Origin: Macrostomum lignano
Taxonomy: Eukaryota
Direction: 5' to 3'
DNA: 64,000 nucleotides
NCBI GenBank assembly: GCA_002269645.1
Contig: NIVC01000629.1
Location: 372,001 to 436,000 of the forward strand
Shown here: in pieces, positions 34,501 to 47,553 of the stretch
Numbering within the stretch: position 1 is the first letter of the stretch
Layout: the number at the start of each line of letters is the position of its first letter
Notes under the pieces: model-generated
Database searches by the model: none
Seen by the model: only the letters and a program-made list of their open reading frames with translations
What the model was told of the DNA's origin: nothing
Position numbers and translations under genes: made by a program

Positions 34501-37500
34501 CTGACTGTCAGCAATGCCACTGTCACAATATCTGACTGTCAGCAATGCCAAATGTGTCACAATATCTGACTGTCAGCAATGCCACTGTCACAATATCTGA
34601 CTGTCAGCAATGCCATTGTGTCACAATATCTGACTGTCAGCAATGCCATTGTGTCACAATATCTGACTGTCAGCAATGCCACTGTCACAATATCTGACCT
34701 TCAGCAATGCCACTGTCACAATATCTGACCTTCAGCAATGCCACTCTCTCACTGTAAATAATTAATCTTTAACACACAAAATAGCTAGTCAAATGAATGC
34801 ATTGTCATTCGCTACAATGCTCAATATTATTATGCTTTACAATATTCAGTCAGATAGTACAATATATTATATATAAGGACTAAACTTACCCAGCAGAGCA
34901 GCCTAACACTGGCCTCTCATTTATGGACTTGTTCACCTGGCAGACTTTAGGCTTGCTAATGTTCGGCAACTTGTTGGATCCGGTGTCCACTTCTGAAGGT
35001 AAAAAAGAAAAAATTTTTGTCATCGCCTGACACTGAAACAGTGCCGCCTGCTGTGACCCATACCTGTCAGTTCCTGAGGCCTGTGTCCCTGGCGCTGCAA
35101 GTGTGCAGAGCCGTGATTAAGGCCGGACCTATCGTGCCAGTGAACGTCAGCCTTCAGACCGAGAGCGAGGCGCAGGTTTGCCACGGCCGGCCTCGAAGGC
35201 GTTGACGTGGCCGCAGCGGTGGCAGTCAGCGATGCTGAATTGGCCGAAGCAATCGGCATCAGCGGGCGGCCGAACGAAGACAGGCGGCAGAAAGGCAACT
35301 CGGCGCACCGGCCGGTGCCAGTGTCACCGTCTGGCTCATTGGGCAGGCAGACAATGCAGCTGCTGGTGTCCGCGCACACCTGAAGCGGGTGAGTTGCACT
35401 TTTTGTTGTAAAATTGCTAATGGGGATTGCAGTGCGGTGCTGTTAAGCCGCAGTTGAATGAACAGAGGCACCGCTACCTCTCTCTGAAGTCCTTCAGCAG
35501 GCTACTGCTACCTCTCTCTGAAGTCCTTCAGCAGGCTACTGCTACCTCTCTCTGAAGTCCTTCAGCAGGCTACTGCTACCTCTCTCTGAAGTCCTTCAGC
35601 AGGCTACTGCTACCCCTCTCTGAAGACATTCAAAAGGCTACTGCTACCCCTCTCTGAAGACATTCAACAGGCTACTGCTACCCCTCTCTGAAGACATTCA
35701 ACAGGCTACTGCTACCCCTCTCTGAAGAGATTCAGCAGGCTACTGCTACCCCTCTCTGAAGAGATTCAGCAGGCTACTGCTACCCCTCTCTGAAGACATT
35801 CAGCAGGCTACTGCTACCCCTCTCTGAAGACATTCAACAGGCTACTGCTACCCCTCTCTGAAGACATTCAACAGGCTACTGCTACCCCTCTCTAAAGATA
35901 TTCAACAGGCTACTGCTACCCCTCTCTGAAGACATTCAACAGGCTACTGCTACCCCTCTCTGAAGTCCTTCAGCAGGCTACTGCTACCCATCTCTGAAGA
36001 CATTCAACAGGCTACTGCTACCCATCTCTGAAGTCCTTCAGCAGGCTACTGCTACCCCTCTCTGAAGTCCTTCAGCAGGCTACTGCTACCCCTCTCTGAA
36101 GTCCTTCAGCAGGCTACTGCTACCCCTCTCTGAAGACATTCAACAGGCTACTGCTACCCCTCTCTGAAGTCCTTCAGCAGGCTACTGCTACCCCTCTCTG
36201 AAGACATTCAACAGGCTACTGCTACCCATCTCTGAAGTCCTTCAGCAGGCTACTGCTACCCCTCTCTGAAGTCCTTCAGCAGGCTACTGCTACCCCTCTC
36301 TGAAGTCCTTCAGCAGGCTACTGCTACCCCTCTATGAAGTCCTTCAGCAGGCTACTGCTACCCCTCTGAAGTCGTGCTACACCAGAATTGTGCAAATCAA
36401 CCAAATGGCGCGCACCTGCCGCAGGTAGGCAATCCGACACCCATCGACAAGCAGCAGAGCGCCTTTGCGAAGATCGGGCAGATCGCCGGAGCGCCACAGG
36501 TCGAACTGAATATTCCTGTAGATGCTGGGGCTCATGGCTTTGACGGCCCGGAAGCTGGTTGGCAATGGCTCAGATTCGCTGCTATTGACTGGGCGCGCCG
36601 TCTGCGGCAGCGCCGGCCGGCCTTGGCCTCCTCCTTCAGGCTCCTGCTGCTCTCTCTGACGCAACAGCCAGGCCAGCTGTCTGCGCCGACTACGCCGATT
36701 CTTACCAGCGGCGGCGGCCGCATCGAACCGGTCCATGCAGATCTCGGCGGCGTTGCTGATGCGAAACACGTCGCTCATTAATAGTTGGAATACGACGCTC
36801 TGGCAGATGGCCAGGCTGGCGCAACGATCCAACGTCAGCACGAGATCGTAGTGACCGCTGCCGCTGCAGGCTAGGGCGATCTCAACGGCTGGGCAGCCGG
36901 ACGGTGGTTGAAGCTTTTCAATTAGCAGCTGAGAGGAGCTGCAGATTGCTGCTGACCGATTTATCGAGTACACCGTGATGCTGCAGCTGCGGATCCGGTT
37001 GATGACGATTAAAGGGCATTGTGTCAGCTTGGATCGCAAATGCGGTAAGAGATTGTGGCTGATCGCGTCTGGTTTTGTTTGTTAAATTCAATAAAAATTT
37101 AAATTCGCGCCAAAAAGGATATTGATAAACTATCCTGAAACACCCTTCGAGAACAAAGTTTAAACCTCCGAAATTTATTAAATGTGTTTTCTGCATGTTT
37201 TAACCAAGGACGACTTAAGTAGGACGGGAAACCTCGTTTCTTGGAAAATTTTAGAAGAACAGGCTTTTCCGAAAAAATACACTACGGAGATAGGAAGTTT
37301 TGATTTTTTCAGCACAAAAATTGTTATTGCTTTTGATAGGAGGCAGATCCAGTGTTCATCGTTTGATATGTTGTGCCTTTCTTATTCTACGTACATTTCC
37401 TTACCTAAAAATTATAAAATGCATGGCACAGCTCGAATCTTTGGTTTTATGAACTTGTTTTATCATATCTGCTACGCATGTTTGTTACACAGTCAGCTAA

Positions 37501-38259
37501 GAATGATAAAATAGACTCAAAAGAAAGGCACAACATATCAAAAGATTAACACAGGATCTGCCTCCTATCAAAAGCAATAATCTGTAGTCGCCACCTTTGA
37601 AAGTGCAGGTAAATAAAAGTCTCAATCTTTGCGAGTGACGCAGCTCAGCTACGCCGCGGCAGACTTGGGTTGAGGAATGAAGTGGGGGGAGCGGTGTGCG
37701 AGGGTTGGACGGATTAAAGCTACCCCGATCAGCTTTCTCGTAATTTTTTTGTTTCGGAACAGTGCAAGAGAAACTGCTCATTGGCGCATAAAATGGCAAC
37801 TTTTTAATATTGCTGAGCATACATTCTTGTTAACTTGTATGTTGTTTAATCTACTCAACTTATTTAGAGATAGATTTCTCTTGTGGGAGTTTTTTAAACA
37901 TCACAGAAATATAGAATCAGTAGAATACTTAATTTGTTATAATTGACAAAAAATATTCACTTACTTAAATGCAGAGCATGCCACACTGAGTAGGCATTTA
38001 AACGCTGGATGAGTCGTGCAGCAAGTGGAAGCCGATGTCTCATTTATGAACTGCTCCAGTGATAGAGATTCAGGCTGTATTACTGCAGCATTGCCACTTT
38101 GTTCTCTCAGTTGCTTTAGGCACTTTGAACGCACCTGAGGCCAGTATTGCTGCATAGTGTACAAGGCCTCCGATAGGCAGTGGAACAGGCAGGCTCCATT
38201 TCTGGGCACCAACTGACGCCATAGGTTCAGCTTATCTAGCTCTTCATCTAAGGCAGAAT
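31570..38259 (-). CDS. OTUD4: OTUD4/ALG13/Otu-like deubiquitinase (OTU + Tudor-like region); exons 38259-37965, 36986-36416, 35379-35064, 34992-34890, 33760-33514, 32805-32748, 32660-32407, probable last exon 31731-31570; start-codon exon lies further upstream and was not found
   Basis: All listed junctions are GT-AG and phase-compatible (2,0,1,2,0,1,0). OTU motifs VPRNGACLFHCLSE and ACSGSGHYDLV. Post-OTU segments AICQSVVFQLLMSDVF and SPSIYRNIQFDLW, and C-terminal GSDL...FFYNLGV, match the OTUD4/ALG13 family as recalled. The last exon is less certain, and the symbol denotes family membership. Confidence 0.8.
32933..33457. repeat. 50-bp minisatellite, ~10 copies, in an OTU-gene intron
   Basis: Unit aacttcagggcttgcactccattctctcaggtatattcaggaagcctaca. 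Confidence 0.96.
33815..34745. repeat. 31-33-bp minisatellite, ~28 copies, in an OTU-gene intron
   Basis: Unit gactgtcagcaatgccactg(tg)tcacaatatct; related to the left end of the insertion at 46156-46439. Confidence 0.95.
35473..36372. repeat. 34-bp minisatellite, ~26 copies, in an OTU-gene intron
   Basis: Unit gctacccctctctgaagtccttcagcaggctact, with gacattcaa variants. Confidence 0.96.
37324..37580. repeat. 60-bp inverted repeat (57/60 match) with 137-bp spacer
   Basis: 37324-37383 ttattgcttttgataggaggcagatcc...gcctttctt pairs with 37521-37580. The left flank resembles a dispersed repeat also seen near 32088. Confidence 0.85.
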
Positions 38260-39365
38260 CTGTCAATTATGATATATGAAATAAATATTAAGATTTAGGT
38301 AAACAAAATTATTGCATTATTATCAAACTTTTTAAGCCATTTAATAAACAAAAATATTTTGTAATTTAAATGGCAATCCACTTTTGTGACAGATTCAAAA
38401 TTAGTACTATACTATATACTAATTGTCTAATTAGTACTAAAGTTACATAATTTAAAGTTTTGAAATGAATTCTAACTTGAACTTCAAGGATTACAAAAAA
38501 AATTTAATACTATAGACCCTACCCAGGATCATTAAAAGTCAATTAGATTGAGTTTTTATCAATAGTATTAGCTTTACTAGAAAAATATAAGAACCATATG
38601 ATTTTTTACCTGAACAATACAACTTGAACTTGAAATAAAGTTATACAATTCTACAATATTTCTAAAACCTCAATAACTGTCTTAGAACTTTGAGCTATAA
38701 AAGTGGCGCCATAAAAGTATATGGGTATAAGCTATAATATAATAATTTCATAGTAAGTTAAGAGTAGAGTTAAGATGGGACATACTCTGAATATTCTAAA
38801 AAAAAATCAAATCAACTAAATATTTAGTTTGAATAGGAAAATTGATAATCTGAATTACCAAATAGTTGCTTTGATATAAAGCAAAGATTAAAAACAAGTA
38901 AGAATTGAGTGTTGGTATTGTGTCTCACATATTAGGGAAGGAATTAGTTGTGCTCTAAGGAAATACAGAGGGATTAGATATGTAACAATTGACCCATATG
39001 TTGTGCTTTTAAGATTTGATAAGGCTTTAGAATGCATATAGGATTAAAATTTTAAGTTGCTTCAGGAGAAATGGAGCATTAAGAATTGAGTTCATGGAAC
39101 ATGAATTTGGGGATACTGATTCCTACAAACTTAGAGGGGTAGAGACTGTAGGGTTGACATTTGGTCTAGGCATATCTTATTAGGCAAGATCATAAGGAAT
39201 AAAAGGCAAGGGAATAAAAAAGAGAAAGGAAAAGAGAGATAAAATGATAAAAGAGAATATATAAGAGAAAAGAGAGCTAAAAAGAGATAGGCCTATAAAA
39301 CTTAAGCAAACTAGGTTGCTATTGTGAAATTTTAAAGTCCCAAAGGCTAGATAGAGGCTTTGTAG

Positions 39366-40435
39366 TAGGGGTTGCAAAATCCTGGCTTTTTCAATCCTGG
39401 GATTGACTTTGGGATTGGAGATTTCCTCCTAGTTTACCTCAATTATGTCATAAATTGTCATTTTGGTGACAAAACAAGCATCCCATTTGTGCATTTTCAA
39501 GTTTTTTTAACACCATTTAGCTTGCCTATTGCTCCTAATTGTTCTTGCCTAATATTACAAAATGAATAAAGGAACTCAAGAAGAACAAAATTCAATCCAA
39601 TAAACAGTTTTTCATTTTCGCTTTTATTTTCTGCATGGTTGATATAAATATGTTAGCAACTTTAGCTTTCATTGCACAGCAATAGCACCATATTGCTGCC
39701 ACATCATACATTTAGTGTTCTAAGTTGAGTTCAGAGTCTTCATAGTCAAAAGCCACATTATACAATTATATCATAGGCCTATCCATATCCATCAAGCATC
39801 AAATAATTTATTGATCTTCCAAGTTTCATTTTGATCTAAATGAGAAGAGAAACAAGAACTTGGGGTAAACAAAACATAACCAAGGAAGGGGCTTTCAGCA
39901 GCCTAGCCCTATCCTGCAGCCATCCACCTTCTAGGCCTCCCTGCACCCACCATCTCATGTAAAGACAGAGCAGATTGTTAAAGTGTACATACACAACAGT
40001 GTACATATATATACAAAGCTCTCATTCCCCCTAGCCAACCTAGCTAAACCCAATCATATACCTAGAGCCCAGACCCCACTCAGCCTATCTTAGCAAGTTT
40101 CATTTCTCTCCCTGTCCCAGGAGCCAGGGTCTGCCTGCTAGTGCTACCTCTAAGTCTAACCAATGATTACAGTTGGAGTTTATCTATCCTTGCTATCTTT
40201 CTGGACTATATACTACACAGTGCACAACACAATATACATGTACTATACTATCATAAATTATTTATAATATCTTGCTTTTTACTTTTTTAGTAACTCAGTT
40301 TTCACTTTTCACATTTCAATATTTAAATCCCAAATCTTAACATAATCTAAACTTCCAATCCTAGGATCCCGTAATCCCAAAAATGTCTAAATCTTAGGAT
40401 TTCAGGATCTTGGGATCCTAGGATTGCAACCCCTA
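39366..40435. mobile_element. Non-autonomous hAT-like DNA transposon (1070 bp)
   Basis: TIRs taggggttgcaa (39366-39377) and ttgcaaccccta (40424-40435), a perfect 8-bp TSD ctttgtag on both sides, and subterminal ggatcc/gggatt repeats. No transposase ORF. Confidence 0.88.
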
Positions 40436-40934
40436 CTTTGTAGGTCATGAGGCCTATGGGCTAGTGTTTGCCAACCCCCAACTTGCAATAAAATTTCTAA
40501 AAAACTATTAAAAATCTATATAATAATGCATTTTATAGTCTAGGAATAAAAAAATCTAATATTCTATATTAGACCTAAACATGTATAATATTCAATATAT
40601 AGCTATAAACAATTATATATTGTATTATATAATAACATGCTACTACTAATAATAGACCTAATTCGCTAATAGACCCTATAGTATATTAAATACCAACTAG
40701 GCTTATATTGACTAATTATACTATATTGGCTGTATTAGTGAAGTCAACTAGGCCTTATAGTTATACTGATAATCAATTTTACAATATTAATTATAGTCAA
40801 TTTCATTATACTATTAATTAACTTTACATATATAGTACATTATACTGACTATACTTAACTGACTACAATTATATTGACTTGACTAATGAAGTCAACTAGG
40901 CCTTGCACTGACTACATTTAAACTATAATTATAA

Positions 40935-41032
40935 AGGCTCCAACTTTGGAGTTTTATCTACGAAGACTCCAACTTTGGAGTTTTATCTACGAAGACTCCA
41001 ACTTTGGAGTTTTACCTACAAAGACTCCAATT
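40935..41032. repeat. 29-bp repeat x3.3 with internal hairpin ctccaa-ct-ttggag
   Basis: Unit ctccaactttggagttttatctacgaaga. Confidence 0.85.
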
Positions 41033-44000
41033 TTAGTCAATTTTATTATATTGATTACAATTATATTGCTAAAGTTTAATAGTCCAAATTTGTTTACTAA
41101 GGGCTCTAGGGAGTTGATGACATAGTTGACTGCACTAAGTCAACTCAGTTAGAGCAATCAACTCATGGTCATGCCTAAAATGCCTAAAGTTGAAACATTT
41201 TCAACTTGAGTCATAAGCTAGCTATTTTAGAATCTATATATATGTTTTAATGCAGTTTCATTTTTTTCTTACTGCTAGTATAGTCAAGTCGATATAGCTG
41301 ACTCCATTAGTATAGTCAATGTAAATTGATAGTCGATGTAATTGACTAAACTTGACTAGGGCCTACCCTAGATATTGACTTGACTATACTGGTCAAGTCA
41401 AACTACATTAACTATACTAGTGAAGTCAACTAAACTGACTACACTAGTCAATTTAACTATTTGATTTATAATCAAACAAGCATCTTACCAAATCCTGTTG
41501 ATGCCATGATCCGCTATGATCGATATGCTTCGTCTGGCCTAATCATAATAATTTAGCAAAGTCAGAAAGATAGCTAGCTCTCTCTCTTGAGGCTGGGTCG
41601 TTCGCAAATTCTAGAAGGAGCAAAAATTTTAACAATTTTCCGAACATTTACTATTGTTACTGCCATATTCAAAATAATAGGACACTTTTATCTGTGAATA
41701 AAGATAATTTTTGGGTTGAACTTTATCATGCAAAAGTGTTTTTTTAATCATCTGGCGGTATTAAGCGATAATTAGCGATGAAAAAATTCAAATTCAATCA
41801 TTTCACCGATGTTAATTTTTGATACTACAAGATGTCTGTAGCTAAAACAAGTTGTTGTTGTGTTGAAACCTTGCTATATTACATTTAAAATGAAAGCTTA
41901 TATAAATTTAATTTAAGAATTTTTTAAAGCTCAATAAACTGCACTATAAATGATTTTATAGACGCTTAACTGGACGCCTAGCATTTCCGGTGGGATAGCC
42001 TCTTTGCGTCTCACAAAATGTATTTTTCAGCTGACGTCTAGAATGTGCGCTTAAAATGATACATTTTGATGCAGATAATTAGAAAAACATGTCTTATTAT
42101 CTTTTTGTAAAAAATTGTTATGAAATAGAGCACTATTATTGATAAAAATAATTAAAAGCAACCATGCATCGCAATTAACTCCTACTTTGAAGCACAAAAT
42201 AAATATCCTGTAACCACACTAGCATTCTCCATGGAGCACCTTTTGAGCTGAAATTTTACACAGATATCCAGTAAAGTAAACTGAGCAAATGATTTTTTTT
42301 GTTTTTGAAAATACTTCAATTTGGCTATGTATCAGTTAGTTCATTGGACATATTTATTATATTTTTATTAAAATCCTTGTAACCAAGCTACAGAGAAACA
42401 TGTGCAAAACTGGACCTTGAAATTTGACCTGAATGATCAGCAAATGTGTATCTCGAAATGATTTTTTTTGTTTTCATCAAGTCATTCTATGCTAATTTTT
42501 TCTGAAGGGAAAGATACCATATATTTAGAGTCAATAGGGGAAGCATTTAAACTTATTCAATAGTCATTAAAATTGCAACTATATTATTATAATATAGTAA
42601 TACTATTATACCTGTATTATATAGTAATATTAACTTCTAAGATGCCCTTATAAATTTAATTAAAGACAACAGGCCTTAATTAATTAATCAGCATTTTGAA
42701 GAAACTGACCTTATACAGATGGGCCCCAAGCTAAGAAATGAATGTAGAGCTTATTTCGTGTAAGGTATAAAAATCAATTTATTAAAATATTAAATACTTC
42801 TAATAAATTGGTTAAATTAGTTATTTACCTTGAATTAATTTAATTTAATAATTAAATATATAAATTTGTTTCACTTCTTACTGCATTTAAATAGAGTACC
42901 TCTCTACTATACTATAGAAGTATAGTAAAAGTACATGGTAAAAAAGTATAGTAAAAAATTTTCTTTGGTTTAATCCCAGCTTGCCTCAGTTTTTTAGTCT
43001 TAATACGAGCTAGATAGTAAGTGTTGATTAATTTGCTCCATCACCTTTTGCCACGGAAACAGCACATGTCGGACATGCAACACTCTTCCTGATCCCTGGA
43101 TCCAAGATGACTGCTTCTGCTTCTTCAATGCTTGAAAACTGAGCTCATGGAGCTTTAGGTTATGCTGTCAGAGTGCTGCTGCCGGTGCTGTGTGTGTATG
43201 TGTGTGTCTTCTGTGGGTAGGTTCCCTGTCCCTCAGTTTAGCCACTGTTGTGGGCTAACTGGAGGAATTGCCGTTGTCGGTGCTGCAGGTGGCACTGCAT
43301 GGTAGTATTGACGCTGTCAGTGACGCTGGCAAAGGCTTGGACGAAGCTAGGTGCCGTCATTGTCAGAAGGACATGCGTGTGCTGCTTAGACCAGTGCGCA
43401 CATTCGACTGGACTCGTATCTGGTGCAGTCTGGTGTATTCACTGAGATTGTGTGGATCTGCCTCCTCGCATCACCTCAACCAGGCTCAATTTCTTTTGTA
43501 GAATTTTCGTGCGCTGCTTAACTGCATCTTGTGCCTGCTGAGTGATGCCAAGAATTGTGCCACACAATAATTTGGCCCATAAACTACTCGTATATTATAC
43601 ATATGTATGCACAGCACACACACACGCTGTTCATTCATATTAAATGTACTAGTTAATGGAATTCTCATCTCATGAGCTCTAGTCTATGGACAAACCTTAA
43701 ATTACTAGAATATCTAGATAGATCTAAACTTCTTTGAGCAGCGCGCTGCGCTGCGATCAAAATACATGTAGATTCTTTAGCGCAACTAATTAATAATGTA
43801 GTACAGTCTACAGCCTGAAGTAGCCTGTGTAAGATGCGGAGGGATGATTTTTGCATAGGAAGCCACTACGGTAAGGTTGATGGAACTATGGGGAGGTGAG
43901 AGATTCAAAGCGAGGGACGGAAGCCATGCATAGTTCGATCATAAGTTTAATTTTTGCATGAGTCTGGGGATGCATTAACGAGAGGCGGACGAGAGCATAG

Positions 44001-45864
44001 AAATAAAGCGGGCTAAAAAATATTAATACACAAAATTACATGTGCTAGCTAGTAATTTCAGAATGGTCAGCGACTCCTCCGATTTGTATCCGCGACCGCG
44101 TGCCCACAAATCCCCCGGCAGACCCTGTCGCAGTTGGTGGTTGTGCACAGAATACAATGTTAATTTTCGAGCTTCTCTGCAAAAAATGCGTGATGCACTC
44201 AATATGCGTGCTATAGTCTACTTCTTTGATTAGATGGCTGGGTTTTGCCTTTTCACTTGTGATCATCAAAAGCTTGGGCGTCATTGCTACTGGTGTTTCA
44301 GTGTGCGCATTATGTCTGGTTATCATATTATGTGCATGTGCAGTGTCTTTTACCTACATTTTTGTTTGTCTCTGTTTCCTGCATGCTCTTTCGCATTTTT
44401 ACACCTCGCACATCCTCATTTTTCTCAATTAACAAGTGAAATCTTTTCTTAAAGACTAATTGCTATTTTAGTTAAGCTAGTAGGTTTTTGGTAATTAAAT
44501 AATTCAATTTTGTCTATTTTCCAAAAAGTTTCAAAAAATGAATTAATTAAAATAAATTTGAATTATTTTAAGTTAATTGGAGTAAAATGTCTAATAAGTA
44601 ACTATAATTTTTTATTTTAAGTACATGTAGCTTTGGTATAAGTATTAATGTAATAAGTACTTAAAGTAAAATCAAGCAAGTTATAGTTTTCAGAAATTAT
44701 GCTACAAATAATCAAATATATACTAGTATCCGAATTCCTTTATTAAGGAACATGCAGTCGATATTAAATCCACAATGTGCTTTTTGGTGTTCAAGGATAG
44801 TTCCCTGACTTTTTCTATTATTAGTTAGATTTTATTATATTTAATGTAAAAATGAAAACAATTCTATTAACCATAAAAATGAACATTCTTTATTTGTCGA
44901 ATCATCTTAACTTTGAAAAGATACATAGTGAAAACTTGATTTTTAATTCAACCTTTCAAGACTTATTTAGACTTCTTAATTCAGTGATTAGTTAAACTGA
45001 TCGAAGTCCTTTCGAGTGCATGCTATAATAATTTCGCACTTTTTCGCACACGATAATTTTAAATGTCTGGGATTTAGAGCAGAGTAACAAAATGCTGTAC
45101 TCAAAAACATTTCCTTTGTCAATTTCTTGTTCTTTTATTTTTGCAAAAGAAATTTAACTGCATATTTAAAATAAAAATAGAAGAAAATTTTATTTTCTCT
45201 TTAATATTTTTGTCGTTTATTTTCCGCAACAAAGAATAACAAATAGCCTTGATTTCTTGTCAATTTCAAGTTTTCTTGTGGTTTTAGTAGCAGCTTCTTA
45301 CAGAAATTGTCGAAATAATTTTTTTTGTACGATTATTGGTCGATGTATAAACTTTTTTTGCAATAACAAAATGTTGTGACCTAGCTTTGAGAACGACCCC
45401 CTGATGATCCTTACTAGCAGTTGTTCATTTCATTTTCATATGTCCGACTGTTGTTTTGTCATGAGCAATTCAAAATTTATCACCATAACAAAATAATATT
45501 AACGTCTCTTGTCTTCTAGAGTTACAAAAGAATGATAATAAATATGAAAAGTACTTTAAAATCAGCTTTTTTTCGATTGCAAGGGAATCTCTTAAGTTGC
45601 AAATTCTTCAGTCCGGTTAATTTCAGATAAACTATTAACTAACTAACTAACTATGTGCATATTGTATTGTCTTTCTAGCATCGAGACGAACTAGCCTAAC
45701 AGTTTGGCAATGGTTAGAAAAGTCTTTGTTAAACGATTACCCCTGTTGTTACGATCCTGTAGTGATATTTAGTTAGCAAACGAAGTATTACAGGCTAAAT
45801 TCCCTCTTGAAAAATACACTGCGGTCAATTCGCTTTCAGGCAATGGACCCAAAAATTCTAGATG

Positions 45865-46620
45865 CGCCATATTGATGATGCGCCACATCGCGGGTAAGCC
45901 AACAAACTCCGCCCCATTATAGATGTCGGGTGCCCCAGTGTCATACAACAAACAGTCTAAGTATATCGACTGGTTAATATGCCTGGCACTTCAAGTGAGC
46001 AAGAATTAAGCTGAGGGCAGTAGCTCTCAGCTTAAATCATTTGGCTTGCTGCCACAGTAAAAGCTGTCAGAGTTGAAGCCGCCAGCTTGGGATGGCGTAC
46101 GGACGTGGCAGCTCTGGGCCCTCTGGGTACTAGAGCCTCAGTCCTGACGCTCTCGACTCGACTGTCACAGCAATATCCCATGTCACACTGTCAGCAATGT
46201 CACTGTCACAATATCTGATTCTTTTAATTTAGTCTTCCTCCGTGTAGTTTAATAAAGATTTTAACATAAAATAGCTAGAAAAATCTAAATTCATTGCTTA
46301 AAAGTGCTTAAATGCTTAAAAATATTATGCAATTATATTCAGTTAGAACAATAGTGCAATATTCAGTTAGATAGTATACAGTATATTTTACAAGAATTTG
46401 TACTTTGTATTAAAAAATACGATTCGTAAGGTGTCGATCGACGCTCTCGTCTGTTTGAAGGTCCGAGCGGAGCAGTAGCGAGTGCGCAGAGTCCAGCTGC
46501 CCCTCCAGCGTGGCCATCAGCGTCGTCCAACGTCTCGGCTGGATGTCCTTTTCCTGCACGTGTGGGCACCAGGCTGCTGAGCCAGGTAAACCGCTGACAG
46601 AGTGCAATAGTGGCACATCA
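45865..46620 (-). mobile_element. Decayed RTE-like LINE 3' fragment, split by a 284-bp insertion
   Basis: Minus strand: QRFT...TLEGQLDSAHSLLLRSDLQTDESV, then the insertion, then ESVRTEAL...LYDTGAPDIYNGAEFV; colinear with the other copies. Confidence 0.75.
46156..46439. mobile_element. 284-bp AT-rich insertion with 10-bp TSD (Mutator-like MITE by TSD length)
   Basis: gacgctctcg at 46146-46155 and 46440-46449 flanks the insert inside an otherwise colinear LINE. Short terminal tcgac/gtcga inverted motif. Confidence 0.65.
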
Positions 46621-47553
46621 GTTCGTCACAGTGAGCTGCTCAAAACCTTGGTACGTCCTGGTGTTCTGCAGGACGGCGTACTATTGATCGTTGTCCATCG
46701 GCCGTCGCCACTGGGGAGAACCGCCGCAGCGTTCGATCTGGGATTGAACCTCCTGTCATGAACCGTTGAAGGCGCCCATGCAGCGCCAGATCGACAGGCG
46801 GGTCGATGTGGGCCTTTAACATCGGCAGTGTAGTCAGCTGCAGGGTTATGACCAAAGTGCTATTGAAGAAGCGCACAAGCTAGCTAGATTTTTCCGCCGT
46901 GCTTCTCCCACCAAGAGCTTTCAGTGCACCTTTTCTGTTCATGCAAAAGTTTGTACGCTTGTCAGGCAGTGAAATTGTTAATCCCATGAGAATGCAGCCT
47001 GCACCTGGAATCCGACGGTTTGGCTCAAAAATTTTACCTTTCAGGCAATTTCTAATGCTTTTCTTTGACGCAAATTTTACCTGCTTGAACTTTTATTAAC
47101 TTGAATCGCAAAAATAAATAATACCAAAAGCACTGTTGACAGTTTTATTAAGTACAGCCACATGTACCAGCAATAAAATTTTCTTAATCATATTCATATT
47201 AATAATGACCTGATTTATAAATTATCGATCTTTTAAAGCGGATGCAAGCGCATGCGAATTCGGCATTTGAAGAGGCAAGAGTTGAGCTTTTGCCTCTTCA
47301 AGTTTTTGAAGTGAAACTTAGTCGAATGAGTTATTGATTGCGACAAACTCTTTCACTTGAAGGACCAGGTAAAGACTGCTGCCAGAGGAAAGGGAGAGAG
47401 GAGAGGGAGTAGAGAAGAGAGATAGGAGAGGAGAGGATGAGATGAGATGAGAGAAAGGAGAGAAAAGAGAAAAATAGAAGATTAGAGAAGACAGCTGAGG
47501 AGACACAAATCGGATTCCTTTTGTTAGCCAAGTAAGGCTTGATTCAATCAACC

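Noticed and set aside
43040-43500. GC-richer island with short ORFs
   Set aside because: Stops in all frames within ~80 codons, no recognisable motif and no consistent splice pair.
41595-45400. Possible 3.8-kb DNA transposon bounded by gggtcgttc...caaa / tttgagaacgaccc
   Set aside because: Only ~15 bp of imperfect inverted match, no TSD and no transposase; insufficient support.
45980-46140. Apparent degenerate paralogue of an OTU-gene exon
   Set aside because: Closer alignment shows the segment is the 3' part of the RTE-like LINE; only the 284-bp insert is shared with the OTU intron.
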